Assembly: GCA_041666945.1 (NCBI GenBank)
Contig: JBAYFY010000002.1
Location: forward strand, 129,076 to 193,075
Reading direction: 5' to 3'
DNA: 64,000 nt
Origin: Candidatus Buchananbacteria bacterium
Lineage (GTDB): Bacteria; Patescibacteriota; Patescibacteriia; 2-01-FULL-39-33
Shown piece by piece: positions 36,195 through 46,380 of this stretch. Position numbers and translations under genes: made by a program. The stretch's first letter is position 1, and each line of letters starts with the position of its first letter. The notes under the pieces were generated by a model, which saw only the letters and a list, made by a program, of their open reading frames with translations, did not search any database and was not told the origin of the DNA.

Positions 36195-39100
36195 TTATAA
36201 TTTGTTACCTAATATATTCTTAGCTTTTAAATAAGCCAGCACGGCAAAGGCGGCTTTTTTCTCCACCTCGCTCAAATCGTTCTGCGCTAATTCTACTATT
36301 TTTTCCATCAAATTGACAGCCGCGTTCTTGTCTTCAGTTGCGCCAGCCACCACAAATCGGCCCAAAAAATCCTGCATCATCTGCATCAGCTTGTTGCCTG
36401 CCGGTGTTTCGTCTTTTTCCGGTTGTTCGGCCAGTTTCCGCCGTTCCTTATCGACTGCGCCGGCCAGCTCCAATATGGCCTCCCCTTGCTGGTAGGGGTT
36501 AGCCAAATCCAGTTGGTGTATGGGCGTATACCAGTAATAATTAAGCAAACTCTCAATAATCGCCAAGTGCGATTCTTTGACTTGGTATTTTAGGATGCTG
36601 TTTAACACCCGTTCCAGTTCGCCATTGGACATCTTGCGGACGGTTTCCGCGTCTAACCGGTTCAGGCCGTCAATAATCTCCTGGACTCTTTTGATCGCTT
36701 CCGCCGATTGCCCTTTCTCCTTGCTGATTGACTCTTGTTCTTGTTCAACAAGCGACGGCAGAGAAACTCCGATTACGCCGTCAGGCGTGCCGTCAACACT
36801 GATCACTCTGCTCTTGCCTGCCTCATCGGGCCAAACCACAAACGCCGTAGCGTGAGCGTGTTTCATTCTGACGATTTTGTCTTGTCCGCCAAAACCCACG
36901 ATTACGCCCGAGGCCAAACCGGCGCGCCTTAGCAGGGTGGCGGTCAGCTGGGCGAAGTCAGCGCAAACGCCGGCAAACTTTTTGCCTCTTAGCTCTGGGG
37001 CTAATTCCGGTTTTTGTTGTCGCAGTTCCTCCAGCCGTTGCTCCATGACATACAGTTGCTCTTCCAGCGGTTTGCCTCTTTTTAGTTCATTGACTTCCTG
37101 ATTGTTTTGATCATAGTAACCCAAGTCGCGCACCAGGCGTTCAATTGCCATCACTTGCTCTTTTGGATTCTTGCCCTCAATGACAGACAAAAGTTCTAAT
37201 TCCAAGTCCTCCGGTATGTTGGCCAAAATCTTGGTTAAATCTTGTCCGCCGGTTGTTTCCAATTGTTTTTTAAATAGCTTATATTCGCGCTGATTCAAAT
37301 CTCTCAATGGTTCCGGCGCCTGGGCTACGGCTATGGAATAGACAATCTTCTCTACCCCGCTCGGCTTATTCACCACTTTGGCTTCTCCCAGATTATTCAC
37401 TTCTATCTCCAAATCATGCTCCCGGCCTTGAGCGTCAAAACCTTTGACGCGTTCCGGAATTATTCTGGCTTCCAAGGTTTTGGGCAAAGACACCGCAGAC
37501 AGGTTTTTGACATTGGGCAGGGTGGCTGTGGTTTCTATGGCCGGTTCAATCAGCGGGGCGCTAACAGAAAAATCAACCGTTTCCCAGCGTTTGGACGAAG
37601 GGTTGTACCGGCCGTAAATATTAGTGGCGATGATACTCCCTAAGGCCTCGCGAAACTCCATTACTTCCCGATCATCATTCATTAGTTCTATGCCCCCGCC
37701 GACCAGTTCTTGGTTGGAATTGGGGTTAAGGCAGTCCTCGGGGCCGGCTGATCCGGCCGGCCGGCCGCCTCTTTCCAGGCCGGAATAGCCGGAAAACCCG
37801 TGCCAAGCCGTCTCCTTTTCGGCTTGCAGTATTTCCGGAAAAATCTTAATCGACAACTGTTGGGCAAAAACCTCGGGCAAACGATCGCGCTTGGCCGGCA
37901 GAGTATCTAAGAATAATTTCGGTTCTTCGCTGATGATTCTGTTTATGATGCCGGTAACAAAGCGGTTGCCACTAAGCAATTTTTTCCAGCCCGGCTTGGC
38001 GCTGCCTTTCTCCTTAGTGTTTTTTTCTGCGAAGTGCTTGTATATTTTATCACTGGTTGGGTGATGAAGCAGATTAAGCGTATCCAGCCGTTCTTGTTCC
38101 TCCTTAGTTAATTCTTTTGCCTTATTTGTTTTCTCTTTTAGTTTTAATTGCCAAACGAAAGTAATATAATCGCCGGCCAAGCCCCCGGCAATATGACCTT
38201 TATCAACCCCGTCCTTGATAAATTGCTCTCTCATCTCCCAGGCGCGATCCGAGTCCAGGCCGGATAAACCCCAGGTGATATAACCTTTACCAACCCCGTC
38301 TTTGATAAATTGCTCTCTCATCTCCCAGGCGCGATCCGAGTCCAGGCCGGCCAAGCCCTCGGCGATATAACCTTTATCAATTCCGTCTTTGATAAATTGC
38401 TCTCTCATCTCCCAGGCGCGATCCGAGTCCAGGCCGGATAGGCCCGCAGCTATATAATTTTTATGAACCCCATCCTTGATAAATTGCTCTCTGATAAATT
38501 GCTCTCTCATCTCCCAGGCGCGATCCGAGTTCAGGCCGGATAGGCCCGCAGCTATAAAATCTTTATCAACCCCGTCCTTGATAAATTGCTCTCTCATCTC
38601 CCAGGCGCGATCCGAGTCCAGGCCGGATAGGCCCCAGGTGATATAATCTTTATCAGCCCCGTCTTTGATAAATTGCTCTCTCATCTCCCAGGCGCGATCC
38701 GAGTCCAGGCCGGATAGGCCCATAGCGATATGACCTTTATCAACCCCGTCCTTGATAAATTGCTCTCTCATTTCCCAGGCGCGATCCGAGTCCAGGCCGG
38801 ATAAACCCCAGGCGATATAATTTTTATCAATTCCGTCTTTGATAAATTGCTCTCTCATTTCCCAGGCGCGATCCGAGTCCAGGCCGGATAGGCCCATAGC
38901 GATATAATCTTCATCAGCCCCGTCTTTAATTAGTTTATCTATGTAATCCAGCGCCTTGTCTTCAAACTTAGCAAAATCAAATTCTTTCTGCTCCGTCTTT
39001 TTTTCCTGCGCCAACTGGAATTTTTTAAGCTGTTCTATGAATTGTTCATCACGGATTTCCAAGATAAAACTCCCTGTTGAATTTTTTTCGTATTTGCCAA

Positions 39101-40994
39101 TAATGTTAATTTTTCCATTCTCATAATATAACTCATTAACTTTTTTAAATGGAACAAACCCTTCAGTGGTTATGCGACCGGTATCAATATTATACAATCC
39201 TTCAAATCCGCCGGATCTAACCATACTGGACATATCTGTGAAACCTAACTTCATTCCAGCCAATTCATAAACGTCGCGTCCGAGTGATTTTTCAGTTAGC
39301 AACTTGGCCTCAATTCTTCCTTCCGGCGGTAGATTCTCAATTTTTTCTATATATTTGGCTCTAAGTTTAATATCATCCGCATCTATGCCGTGCCTTTGGC
39401 CCGGAACGCCAATATCTATGTTTAAATTTGCTGACCCGCCGTCTTTGAATACGCCCTTAAGATAAATCGTGCCATCTTCATAATATAAACTGTCTATACG
39501 CGAGATAAAAGGAAAGGTGTCGGTGATAAATGCCCAGGATTTACAATCAACAAATGCTTGTCCATCATTTACAACGCCTAATTTGACTTTTATGCCGCCA
39601 AGTTGGTAGATATCTTCGTCTTTTATTCTTTCTAAAAATTTACCCTCAATCCTTTTATGCGGTTTTTTTTCTTTTTTCTCCCCCGCTTCCAGTCGGCGGA
39701 TTTTATCCACATCCAAAGTCACCTCTTGTATTTTGTTCGGCCCGCCCCACTCTGGCCCTTTTTCAATAATTTTTAATTTTCTACCAATGCGTTCTACGGC
39801 GACTAAATCATTTTGCACCATTAAAGCTTCTCCCGCATGGCAATTTTTTCCTCCAATTTCAGTACTAACAACAGCTGTTCCGTTATTTCGAGAACGCATA
39901 TCGAATTGCCTGCCGTTAATTGTAAAAGAACCACCTCTAACATTTACTGCCTGCTCCGGTGTCATATCATCCCAGCCGTCTGACGGTTTTTCTTTCTCCT
40001 TACCTTTCTCCTTATCCTCCACCACTTCATACTTATCCCCCGTCAGCTGGACTTTCTGTTCGCGGTTTTTGAGCGATTCGTTCAGTTTTTTGACCAGACC
40101 ATTTTCGGCTTGCAGGGTTTTTATGCCCACAGTGGAAGAAATATACCTGGCGTGCTTAAGCCGGGGCTTTATATCCTCAAATGGTATGCCCAGGCGGTCG
40201 CATTCCTTCTCAATATCGTCGGTCACGATAAAAATCTCATCAGCCGACAGGCGGAATTCGCCTTCAATCCGATGCTGTTTTTGATAACGCCGGATGATTT
40301 CCCTGACTGATTCGGAATAATACGTCGGAAACAGCAAAAGCTGCTGTTGCCATAAGGCCTCGTCAGCCAGTTGTTCCGAGCTTTTTATCTCTCGCGTCTC
40401 GCCGGCCTTCAAACCCTTAACCTTTTCGCCGACCGGATATTCGCTGTGGACTTTTGCCGGCATTATTTGCCGCGTCTTTAGTAGTGGGGCGTAATAACTA
40501 TCAATTTTATCTAATAATTTATTGCCGCGGCGCAAGTCCCTCTCCTGCTCTAATTTTTCTTCAAATTCAGACCAATCCTTAGATTCTCTGGCCGGCAGAA
40601 CATGATTATCCCAAAAATCTATCATTTTCTCTATAATCGCCCAGTGTTTTTTGTTGTTTTTAAGGGCTTGCCAAACTTTCTTGCCAGAATCGCCCGGCAA
40701 CGTTTGAGGTATGGATAACACGTCTTTTAAAATTTGATTATGTTTTATCACAAATCCGGGCGACATGACCACCTCGGCTAATTCTTCCTCATTCAAGTTA
40801 AGCCGGCTATTCAACTGCAGGCCGTCTTCAACCGAATGCTCAAAAACACGCTTAGCCGCTTCCAGAGTTTGCCGTCTGTTTTTCTGTTCAGTGATTTGCG
40901 CAAAAAGCTCCTCGCGTTTTGTGCGCGCGGCTGATTCCGGTTGTTCTATTTTTATTTTTTCAGCGTTTATTGTCGGCCGTCTTAGCGTCGGCAT
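36195..40994 (-). CDS. Giant (1599 aa) protein: transglutaminase-like Cys-His-Asp core plus nine tandem 29-aa helical repeats
   Basis: GVCADFA...HAHATAFVVW...ISVDGTPDG TGc triad order; repeats GLSGLDSDRAWEMREQFIKDGxDKxYIAx; no signal peptide obvious. Confidence 0.7.
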   Translation of the reverse strand: MPTLRRPTINAEKIKIEQPESAARTKREELFAQITEQKNRRQTLEAAKRVFEHSVEDGLQLNSRLNLNEEELAEVVMSPGFVIKHNQILKDVLSIPQTLPGDSGKKVWQALKNNKKHWAIIEKMIDFWDNHVLPARESKDWSEFEEKLEQERDLRRGNKLLDKIDSYYAPLLKTRQIMPAKVHSEYPVGEKVKGLKAGETREIKSSEQLADEALWQQQLLLFPTYYSESVREIIRRYQKQHRIEGEFRLSADEIFIVTDDIEKECDRLGIPFEDIKPRLKHARYISSTVGIKTLQAENGLVKKLNESLKNREQKVQLTGDKYEVVEDKEKGKEKEKPSDGWDDMTPEQAVNVRGGSFTINGRQFDMRSRNNGTAVVSTEIGGKNCHAGEALMVQNDLVAVERIGRKLKIIEKGPEWGGPNKIQEVTLDVDKIRRLEAGEKKEKKPHKRIEGKFLERIKDEDIYQLGGIKVKLGVVNDGQAFVDCKSWAFITDTFPFISRIDSLYYEDGTIYLKGVFKDGGSANLNIDIGVPGQRHGIDADDIKLRAKYIEKIENLPPEGRIEAKLLTEKSLGRDVYELAGMKLGFTDMSSMVRSGGFEGLYNIDTGRITTEGFVPFKKVNELYYENGKINIIGKYEKNSTGSFILEIRDEQFIEQLKKFQLAQEKKTEQKEFDFAKFEDKALDYIDKLIKDGADEDYIAMGLSGLDSDRAWEMREQFIKDGIDKNYIAWGLSGLDSDRAWEMREQFIKDGVDKGHIAMGLSGLDSDRAWEMREQFIKDGADKDYITWGLSGLDSDRAWEMREQFIKDGVDKDFIAAGLSGLNSDRAWEMREQFIREQFIKDGVHKNYIAAGLSGLDSDRAWEMREQFIKDGIDKGYIAEGLAGLDSDRAWEMREQFIKDGVGKGYITWGLSGLDSDRAWEMREQFIKDGVDKGHIAGGLAGDYITFVWQLKLKEKTNKAKELTKEEQERLDTLNLLHHPTSDKIYKHFAEKNTKEKGSAKPGWKKLLSGNRFVTGIINRIISEEPKLFLDTLPAKRDRLPEVFAQQLSIKIFPEILQAEKETAWHGFSGYSGLERGGRPAGSAGPEDCLNPNSNQELVGGGIELMNDDREVMEFREALGSIIATNIYGRYNPSSKRWETVDFSVSAPLIEPAIETTATLPNVKNLSAVSLPKTLEARIIPERVKGFDAQGREHDLEIEVNNLGEAKVVNKPSGVEKIVYSIAVAQAPEPLRDLNQREYKLFKKQLETTGGQDLTKILANIPEDLELELLSVIEGKNPKEQVMAIERLVRDLGYYDQNNQEVNELKRGKPLEEQLYVMEQRLEELRQQKPELAPELRGKKFAGVCADFAQLTATLLRRAGLASGVIVGFGGQDKIVRMKHAHATAFVVWPDEAGKSRVISVDGTPDGVIGVSLPSLVEQEQESISKEKGQSAEAIKRVQEIIDGLNRLDAETVRKMSNGELERVLNSILKYQVKESHLAIIESLLNYYWYTPIHQLDLANPYQQGEAILELAGAVDKERRKLAEQPEKDETPAGNKLMQMMQDFLGRFVVAGATEDKNAAVNLMEKIVELAQNDLSEVEKKAAFAVLAYLKAKNILGNKL
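38180..38935 (-). repeat. In-frame 87-bp tandem coding repeats (x9) inside the giant gene
   Basis: ggcgcgatccgagtccaggccgga recurs every 87 bp. Confidence 0.85.
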
Positions 40995-40996
40995 AA

Positions 40997-42505
40997 TTAT
41001 TTTTTAAAATCCCTTATTAATTCCTTAAGCGAGCCCAAACGGAACAAGCCCAAGGCGTAAGCCGCGGCAAAATAAACCGCGCCGCCGGCAATGATCGCCA
41101 CAATGAAATGCGCTCGCTCCTTAAGCAGCCAAACCGCCAGATACATGATCAAGCAGGCCAAAATCATCTTGACCGCCGACCAGATTAAGAATTTCCAGTC
41201 ATATTTTATCACTTGACTGACTACGGCAATGCCCAGAATAAATAACAGCAGGTAGCTGGCGAAATTGGCCAGAGCCGAACCGTTGTAGCCCCAAAAAGGA
41301 ATCAAGGCCAAATTGGCGACAAAAGAAAAGCCGGCGACAACGCCCAGATGAATCGTGTTTCTGGTTTGCCGATTGCAGGCGTTAAGCAGGGCGCCAACAG
41401 GAAAGCATAAAAAGACAAAAACCAGGGAGAGAATCAGAATATTCAGGGGTAAAACCGAGGCCGCGTACTGGCTGCCGAAAACCGGACCGATTACTTTGTC
41501 GGCGATGGAAATTACGCCGGCTGATATGGGCAAGGAAAAAAACATCAGCCAATACATGGACTTGACGAAAAGTTTTGACAGTTTCTCCTTGTCGTGCGCG
41601 AAATAGTTGGCAAAGGCCGGATAGATGGAAGCGGAAAAAGCCAAAGCGATAAACTGCAGAGCAAAGGCCACTTTAAAGGCCACGGAATAAATTCCCACCG
41701 CGTAATCGCCGGCTAATTTTGACAGCAAAACAACGTCAATGGCGGAAAAAATCCGATTGAAGATTCCGGCCAAAGCGAAGGGAATGGAAATAAGTATCAG
41801 TTGTCTGATGGTCAGCCAGTCAAAAGAAAAAACCGTTTTAATTTTATATTTATGGCGCAGGTTGAAAGTTGACCAACAGAGATTGAGCAAACTGCCCAGA
41901 ACGTAAACCGCCATGACCCAGGTAAGCGGCACGCCCATAAGCAATAACGCTCCGCCGACAACCAAAACCGTCAATTGGTTGAAAATAACGCCGAAACTCT
42001 CGTAAATTAGATTTTGATGCCCGCGCAAAGCGCCGTAAACGCTTAAAGACAGCGAATCTAACAGCATGACTAAGCCGGAAATATACACTAACGATTTGGT
42101 CAGCGGCGGGTAACCCATGATATTTACGGAAACGACGATAATCAGATAAATAACCGCTGAAGCCGCCAGTTTATAGCCGAGAATATTGGATAAATATTTG
42201 GCGGAATGCTCGCGATTTTTGGCCACTTCGCGGATCAGTATTTGGGTTAAACCCAAATCCAAAAACATGGCGAAAATGGAAGTGAAACTTAAAGCAAAAG
42301 TGAATTTTCCTTGTTCGGCCACGCCGACGGAGCGCGCCAAAATAATGAAATATAAAAATGACAATACTTTTTGAGCGGCTAATGAAGCGCTGTAAAAAAA
42401 AGTGTTTTTAGCTAAGTTTCGGTTGGACATAATGCTCACATTATACCATAAAATAAGAGAAAAACAAAGCCCGCTAAAGATAGCAGTAGCGGGCAAAAAG
42501 TGCAA
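40997..42505 (-). CDS. Polysaccharide biosynthesis/export flippase (Wzx-like, MOP superfamily)
   Basis: 502 aa, ~14 TM, N-terminal ...SASLAAQKVLSFLYFIILARSVG... Confidence 0.7.
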   Translation of the reverse strand: MHFLPATAIFSGLCFSLILWYNVSIMSNRNLAKNTFFYSASLAAQKVLSFLYFIILARSVGVAEQGKFTFALSFTSIFAMFLDLGLTQILIREVAKNREHSAKYLSNILGYKLAASAVIYLIIVVSVNIMGYPPLTKSLVYISGLVMLLDSLSLSVYGALRGHQNLIYESFGVIFNQLTVLVVGGALLLMGVPLTWVMAVYVLGSLLNLCWSTFNLRHKYKIKTVFSFDWLTIRQLILISIPFALAGIFNRIFSAIDVVLLSKLAGDYAVGIYSVAFKVAFALQFIALAFSASIYPAFANYFAHDKEKLSKLFVKSMYWLMFFSLPISAGVISIADKVIGPVFGSQYAASVLPLNILILSLVFVFLCFPVGALLNACNRQTRNTIHLGVVAGFSFVANLALIPFWGYNGSALANFASYLLLFILGIAVVSQVIKYDWKFLIWSAVKMILACLIMYLAVWLLKERAHFIVAIIAGGAVYFAAAYALGLFRLGSLKELIRDFKK

Positions 42506-42513
42506 AAATACGG

Positions 42514-42861
42514 TTAATGCTTTTCCGGCGCGTCAATCATGGTTTTGTATAATTGCCAATCAATCTCGGATAGCAGAACTGAATTAGAGGAGTTGCCGCA
42601 GATTAAGGCAAAAATCGGAAAGAGCCGCGGTAATTCCTCGGGGCAATGTTTGAGGCAATTGGAATAAAGTTCCGATACGATTTTTTGCAGGCAACCGACG
42701 CAAACCCTGTTATCTTTATCTACTAACTGGGCGCGCTTAGCCATTAAGGCGGATAACAGTTCCTGCAGGATTATTTGCCGTTCATGACACTTGGCGGATT
42801 TGTCAGCCGCCCTGGCCAGTAGTTCTAAAATCTTCCGTTCATGCATAATGGCACCTCCCAA
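42514..42861 (-). CDS. Hypothetical protein
   Basis: 115 aa ORF between rpsI and wzx, same strand. Confidence 0.3.
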   Translation of the reverse strand: MGGAIMHERKILELLARAADKSAKCHERQIILQELLSALMAKRAQLVDKDNRVCVGCLQKIVSELYSNCLKHCPEELPRLFPIFALICGNSSNSVLLSEIDWQLYKTMIDAPEKH

Positions 42862-42984
42862 GGTTAAAGATCCGACTTAACCTTAGCAGATTACGGGCAC
42901 GATGGCAATCGTGATTTATTCTCAATGAAAAAATCCGCATAACACTTAGTGCTATGCGGATTTTTATGATAAGAATTAAATAGA

Positions 42985-43446
42985 TTAGCGTTTAGACCAC
43001 TGCGGAGCGCGACGGGCGCGTTTCAGGCCGGGTTTCTTTCTTTCTTTGACTCTGGGGTCGCGAGTCATTAATCCCTCGGCTTTCATGGCCGGGCGCAGTT
43101 CCGGATTCAGTTGTTCCAGTGCTCGAGCGATGCCGTGGCGAACGGCAGCGGCCTGGCCGTTTTTGCCGCCGCCGACCACATGGACGGAAACGGTGGTGTT
43201 TTTGTCATGGCCGGTCAAAACTAACGGCTTCAAGACGACGTTTTGCAGATCTTTGGTGGGAAAATAAACTTTATAATCAAGATCATTGACTACAATTTCT
43301 CCTTTGCCCTTTAGATATAAGCGAACATTGGCGGACGCGGTTTTCCGGCCTCCTCGGCCATAGAAAAATTTGCCTTCCGGCTTAACAATCTCGACTTCTT
43401 TGTTTTCTTTCTTTTTGGTAGCCATAATATATTCTTGCCAAAACAA
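42985..43446 (-). CDS. rpsI: 30S ribosomal protein S9 (true start probably MATKKKENK)
   Basis: C-terminal ...RKKPGLKRARRAPQWSKR uS9 tail. Confidence 0.9.
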   Translation of the reverse strand: MFWQEYIMATKKKENKEVEIVKPEGKFFYGRGGRKTASANVRLYLKGKGEIVVNDLDYKVYFPTKDLQNVVLKPLVLTGHDKNTTVSVHVVGGGKNGQAAAVRHGIARALEQLNPELRPAMKAEGLMTRDPRVKERKKPGLKRARRAPQWSKR

Positions 43447-43806
43447 TTAGTTAGTGGTTTTTAACCGTTTGATCATCTGATCGCGTAATTTGTTTTTGGG
43501 TAACATGCCCCAGACGGCGCGTCTTAGGACTTCGCCGGCATTGGCTTTCATCACCACGCTGGCCTTTTTGATTCTTAATCCGCCCGGGTGGGTGGTATGC
43601 CATTTGTATTCTTTTTGCTCCGATTTTTTACCGGTCAGTTTGAGTTTGGCGCAGTTAGCAACCTCAACAAAATCTCCGGCATCAATATTCGGCATAAAAG
43701 TGGCTTTGTTCTTGCCGCGTAAAATAGTGGCGATGCGCGTGGCTAAGCGTCCGACCGGTTGGTCAGTGGCGTCAAGCTGATGAGTTTTTCTTTCTATTTC
43801 TTTCAT
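43447..43806 (-). CDS. rplM: 50S ribosomal protein L13
   Basis: HQLDATDQPVGRLATRIATILRGKNKATF... Confidence 0.9.
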   Translation of the reverse strand: MKEIERKTHQLDATDQPVGRLATRIATILRGKNKATFMPNIDAGDFVEVANCAKLKLTGKKSEQKEYKWHTTHPGGLRIKKASVVMKANAGEVLRRAVWGMLPKNKLRDQMIKRLKTTN

Positions 43807-43819
43807 AAAATAAATTTAA

Positions 43820-44170
43820 TTAAACGAATTCAATAATCGCCGCTTCCGCCCCATCGTTGACGCGCGGAGCCACTTTGACGATTCTAGTGTAACCGCCTTT
43901 GCGATCCTTGTATTTTGGCCCCAAAACCTCAAATAATTTTTTGACAGCGCCCTGGGTGTACAGCACTTTTAAGGCCTCGCGACGGTTATGCAGGGTGTCA
44001 TTTTTGGCTAAGGTGATCAGTTTTTCCACTTTAGGACGGGTTACCTGGGCCTTGGCCTTGGTGGTTTTAATTTTTTCGTATACCACAAGAGAGGTGACCA
44101 AACTGCGCAATAACGCTTCCCTTGGCGCCTTTTCACGACCCAGTACTTTTCCTTTTCTGTTATGTCTCAT
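43820..44170 (-). CDS. rplQ: 50S ribosomal protein L17
   Basis: MRHNRKGKVLGREKAPREALLRSLVTSLVVYEKIKTT. Confidence 0.9.
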   Translation of the reverse strand: MRHNRKGKVLGREKAPREALLRSLVTSLVVYEKIKTTKAKAQVTRPKVEKLITLAKNDTLHNRREALKVLYTQGAVKKLFEVLGPKYKDRKGGYTRIVKVAPRVNDGAEAAIIEFV

Positions 44171-44264
44171 AATATGTTAGTCATAAGGTCGAAAGTCGAA
44201 AGTCGAAAGTCAGTAATAATATGATTATTTTTGACTTTATGGACTTTTGGCTTTGGACTCAATT

Positions 44265-45131
44265 TTATTCTTCAATTTTTTTGGGTCGGCCGCGTTTCTT
44301 GGGTTTGGGTTCTTCCGCCGCCGCTTCCGCCGGTTCTTCAGCGGCCTCAACGTTTTCTTCCAGAATTTCTTCGGCTTTTTCTTCAGCGGCTATTTCCGGC
44401 AGGATAACCGGCGCTTCAATGTTAATTTCCTCCATTTCCCTGGCCCCGCCTTCCATAATCCAACTGAATTGATTGGTCAAGATTTCCGCGGCTTTTTTGA
44501 CGGCGTCTTCCGGAGAAATAGTGCCATCGGTTTCAATCGTCAGAACGAGTTTGTCATAATCGGTGCGTTGGCCGACACGAGTCGCTTCCACCGACAAGCC
44601 GACATTAATCACCGGAGTAAAAATAGAATCAGTCAAAATAGTGCCGATTTCGCCCTTGTTTATGCTTTGATCTTCCACCGGAACGTAACCGATGCCTTTG
44701 GCCACAGTCAATTCCATTTCTATTTCAGCGTTTTCCGCGCTTAAAGAAGTGATAACGGCGTCCTTGTTGACCACTTCGGCGTCCAAAGACGGCTGAATGT
44801 CGGCGCCGGTAACTTTCTTTTTGCCCTCGGCTTTGAGTTGCAAGGTAACCGGCTCATCGGAGTAAACTTTAAATCTCAAAGTTTTCAAATTCAGGATTAT
44901 TTCCAAAACGTCTTCCGGTACGTTTTCCATAGCCGAAAATTCGTGCTTGACGCCTTTGATTTTGACTGCGGTAATGGCGCCGCCGGGCAAGGACGACAAG
45001 ATAGTGCGTCTTAGGGCGTTACCCAAAGTCAGTCCGTAGCCGGGAAAGCAGGGCTCAATGACGATTTGGGCCGATTTGCCCGGAACGGATTCTTCAACGA
45101 TGAATTTTTTAGGCAAAGGGATGTATTTCAT
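44265..45131 (-). CDS. rpoA: DNA-directed RNA polymerase alpha subunit lacking canonical C-terminal domain; acidic/AT-hook tail
   Basis: NTD MKYIPLPKKF...GYGLTLGNALRRTILSSLPGGA; C-terminus EEKAEEILEENVEAAEEPAEAAAEEPKPKKRGRPKKIEE. Confidence 0.85.
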   Translation of the reverse strand: MKYIPLPKKFIVEESVPGKSAQIVIEPCFPGYGLTLGNALRRTILSSLPGGAITAVKIKGVKHEFSAMENVPEDVLEIILNLKTLRFKVYSDEPVTLQLKAEGKKKVTGADIQPSLDAEVVNKDAVITSLSAENAEIEMELTVAKGIGYVPVEDQSINKGEIGTILTDSIFTPVINVGLSVEATRVGQRTDYDKLVLTIETDGTISPEDAVKKAAEILTNQFSWIMEGGAREMEEINIEAPVILPEIAAEEKAEEILEENVEAAEEPAEAAAEEPKPKKRGRPKKIEE

Positions 45132-45205
45132 AATATTTCCTCCTTAGGCGCGCCGTAGCTTAAGCGTGGGCGGTCTTAACTTAAATTAAATTATTTTAGT
45201 TTATG

Positions 45206-45844
45206 TTATTTGCTGTAGTATTCAACGATAGTGCGCCAATCAACATTGACGGCGATATCCCCTAATTTGGGTTGGCTGGTGATCTTGCCCTCAACTTTTT
45301 CCGAATCAATGGTCAGCCAAGCGGGAATATTAGTCAGTTTGCTTAATTTTTGTTTGATATCTTTGTAACCGGAACTTTTGAGGGTCTTATCGGATAAAGT
45401 GACGACATCGCCAACTTTGGTTTGATAGGAAGGTATGTTGACTTTTTTGCCGTTGACTCTGACATTGCCATGGCCGACCAATTGGCGCGCGGCGCGGCGG
45501 GAAGCGGCAAAACCCAGGCGATAAATCGTGTTATCCAAGCGCCCCTCCAAGAATCTGAACAGCCATTCGCCGGTGTTGCCGACTTTGCTCAAGGATTTTT
45601 TGAAATAAATCAAAAATTGCGCTTCATAAATGCCGTACATGCGCTTGGCTTTTTGTTTTTCCGTCAATTGCTTGCCAAAGTTGGTTTTTTTGCCTACGCG
45701 TTGCAACGGGCCGTGCATGCCCGGAGGAAAGTTGCGTTTGACCATGGGGCATTTGGCGGAGTTGCATTTTTCGCCTTTCAAAAATAATTTTTCACCGGCG
45801 CGGCGGCAAGATTTGCATTGGAGATTTCTGGTAAAATTAGACAT
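45206..45844 (-). CDS. rpsD: 30S ribosomal protein S4
   Basis: CKSCRRAGEKLFLKGEKCNSAKC zinc ribbon; S4 domain. Confidence 0.9.
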   Translation of the reverse strand: MSNFTRNLQCKSCRRAGEKLFLKGEKCNSAKCPMVKRNFPPGMHGPLQRVGKKTNFGKQLTEKQKAKRMYGIYEAQFLIYFKKSLSKVGNTGEWLFRFLEGRLDNTIYRLGFAASRRAARQLVGHGNVRVNGKKVNIPSYQTKVGDVVTLSDKTLKSSGYKDIKQKLSKLTNIPAWLTIDSEKVEGKITSQPKLGDIAVNVDWRTIVEYYSK

Positions 45845-45872
45845 AGGGAATTAAGAAATAGAAAAATAAAAA

Positions 45873-46349
45873 TTAAACGCGGCGCGGTCTGGGCGCGCGG
45901 CAGCCATTATGAGGAATCGGAGTGATGTCTTTAATGCTGGAAACGATGAAGCCATTGGCGTTGATGGCGCGAACCGCTGATTCGCGGCCGCCGCCGATGC
46001 CGCGGACAAATACCGAGACCTCTTTCAGGCCGTATTTTTTAACCTTTTCCGCGGCCGTTCTGACAATAATCGTCGCAGCATAAGGGGTGGCTTTTTTGGG
46101 GCCCTTAAAACCGCATTGGCCGGCGGAACACCAAGACAATACATTGCCGTTCTGATCGGTAAAGGTGACAATAGTATTGTTATAGGTGGATTTAACATAA
46201 GCCCGGCCGCTGGCCACCTGACGGGCAGCGACGACTTTTTTGACTTTTTTTTTCGACTTGTCGGCCGGTTTGGCGGCTTCGGCGTCAGCGTTAGCTTCCG
46301 CCGGAACGGTGGCAACGGTCGGCTCGTTGATCAACAATTCTTCAGACAT
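45873..46349 (-). CDS. rpsK: 30S ribosomal protein S11 (with Lys-rich N-terminal extension)
   Basis: ...GRAYVKSTYNNTIVTFTDQNGNVLSWCSAGQ... Confidence 0.9.
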   Translation of the reverse strand: MSEELLINEPTVATVPAEANADAEAAKPADKSKKKVKKVVAARQVASGRAYVKSTYNNTIVTFTDQNGNVLSWCSAGQCGFKGPKKATPYAATIIVRTAAEKVKKYGLKEVSVFVRGIGGGRESAVRAINANGFIVSSIKDITPIPHNGCRAPRPRRV

Positions 46350-46380
46350 AATTATATTGGTATTTGACTATTTAGATTGG

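Noticed and set aside
38180-38935. Tandem 87-bp DNA repeats as a non-coding satellite or CRISPR-like array
   Set aside because: Repeats are in frame within a continuous 1599-aa ORF and encode a conserved helical repeat. They are coding repeats.
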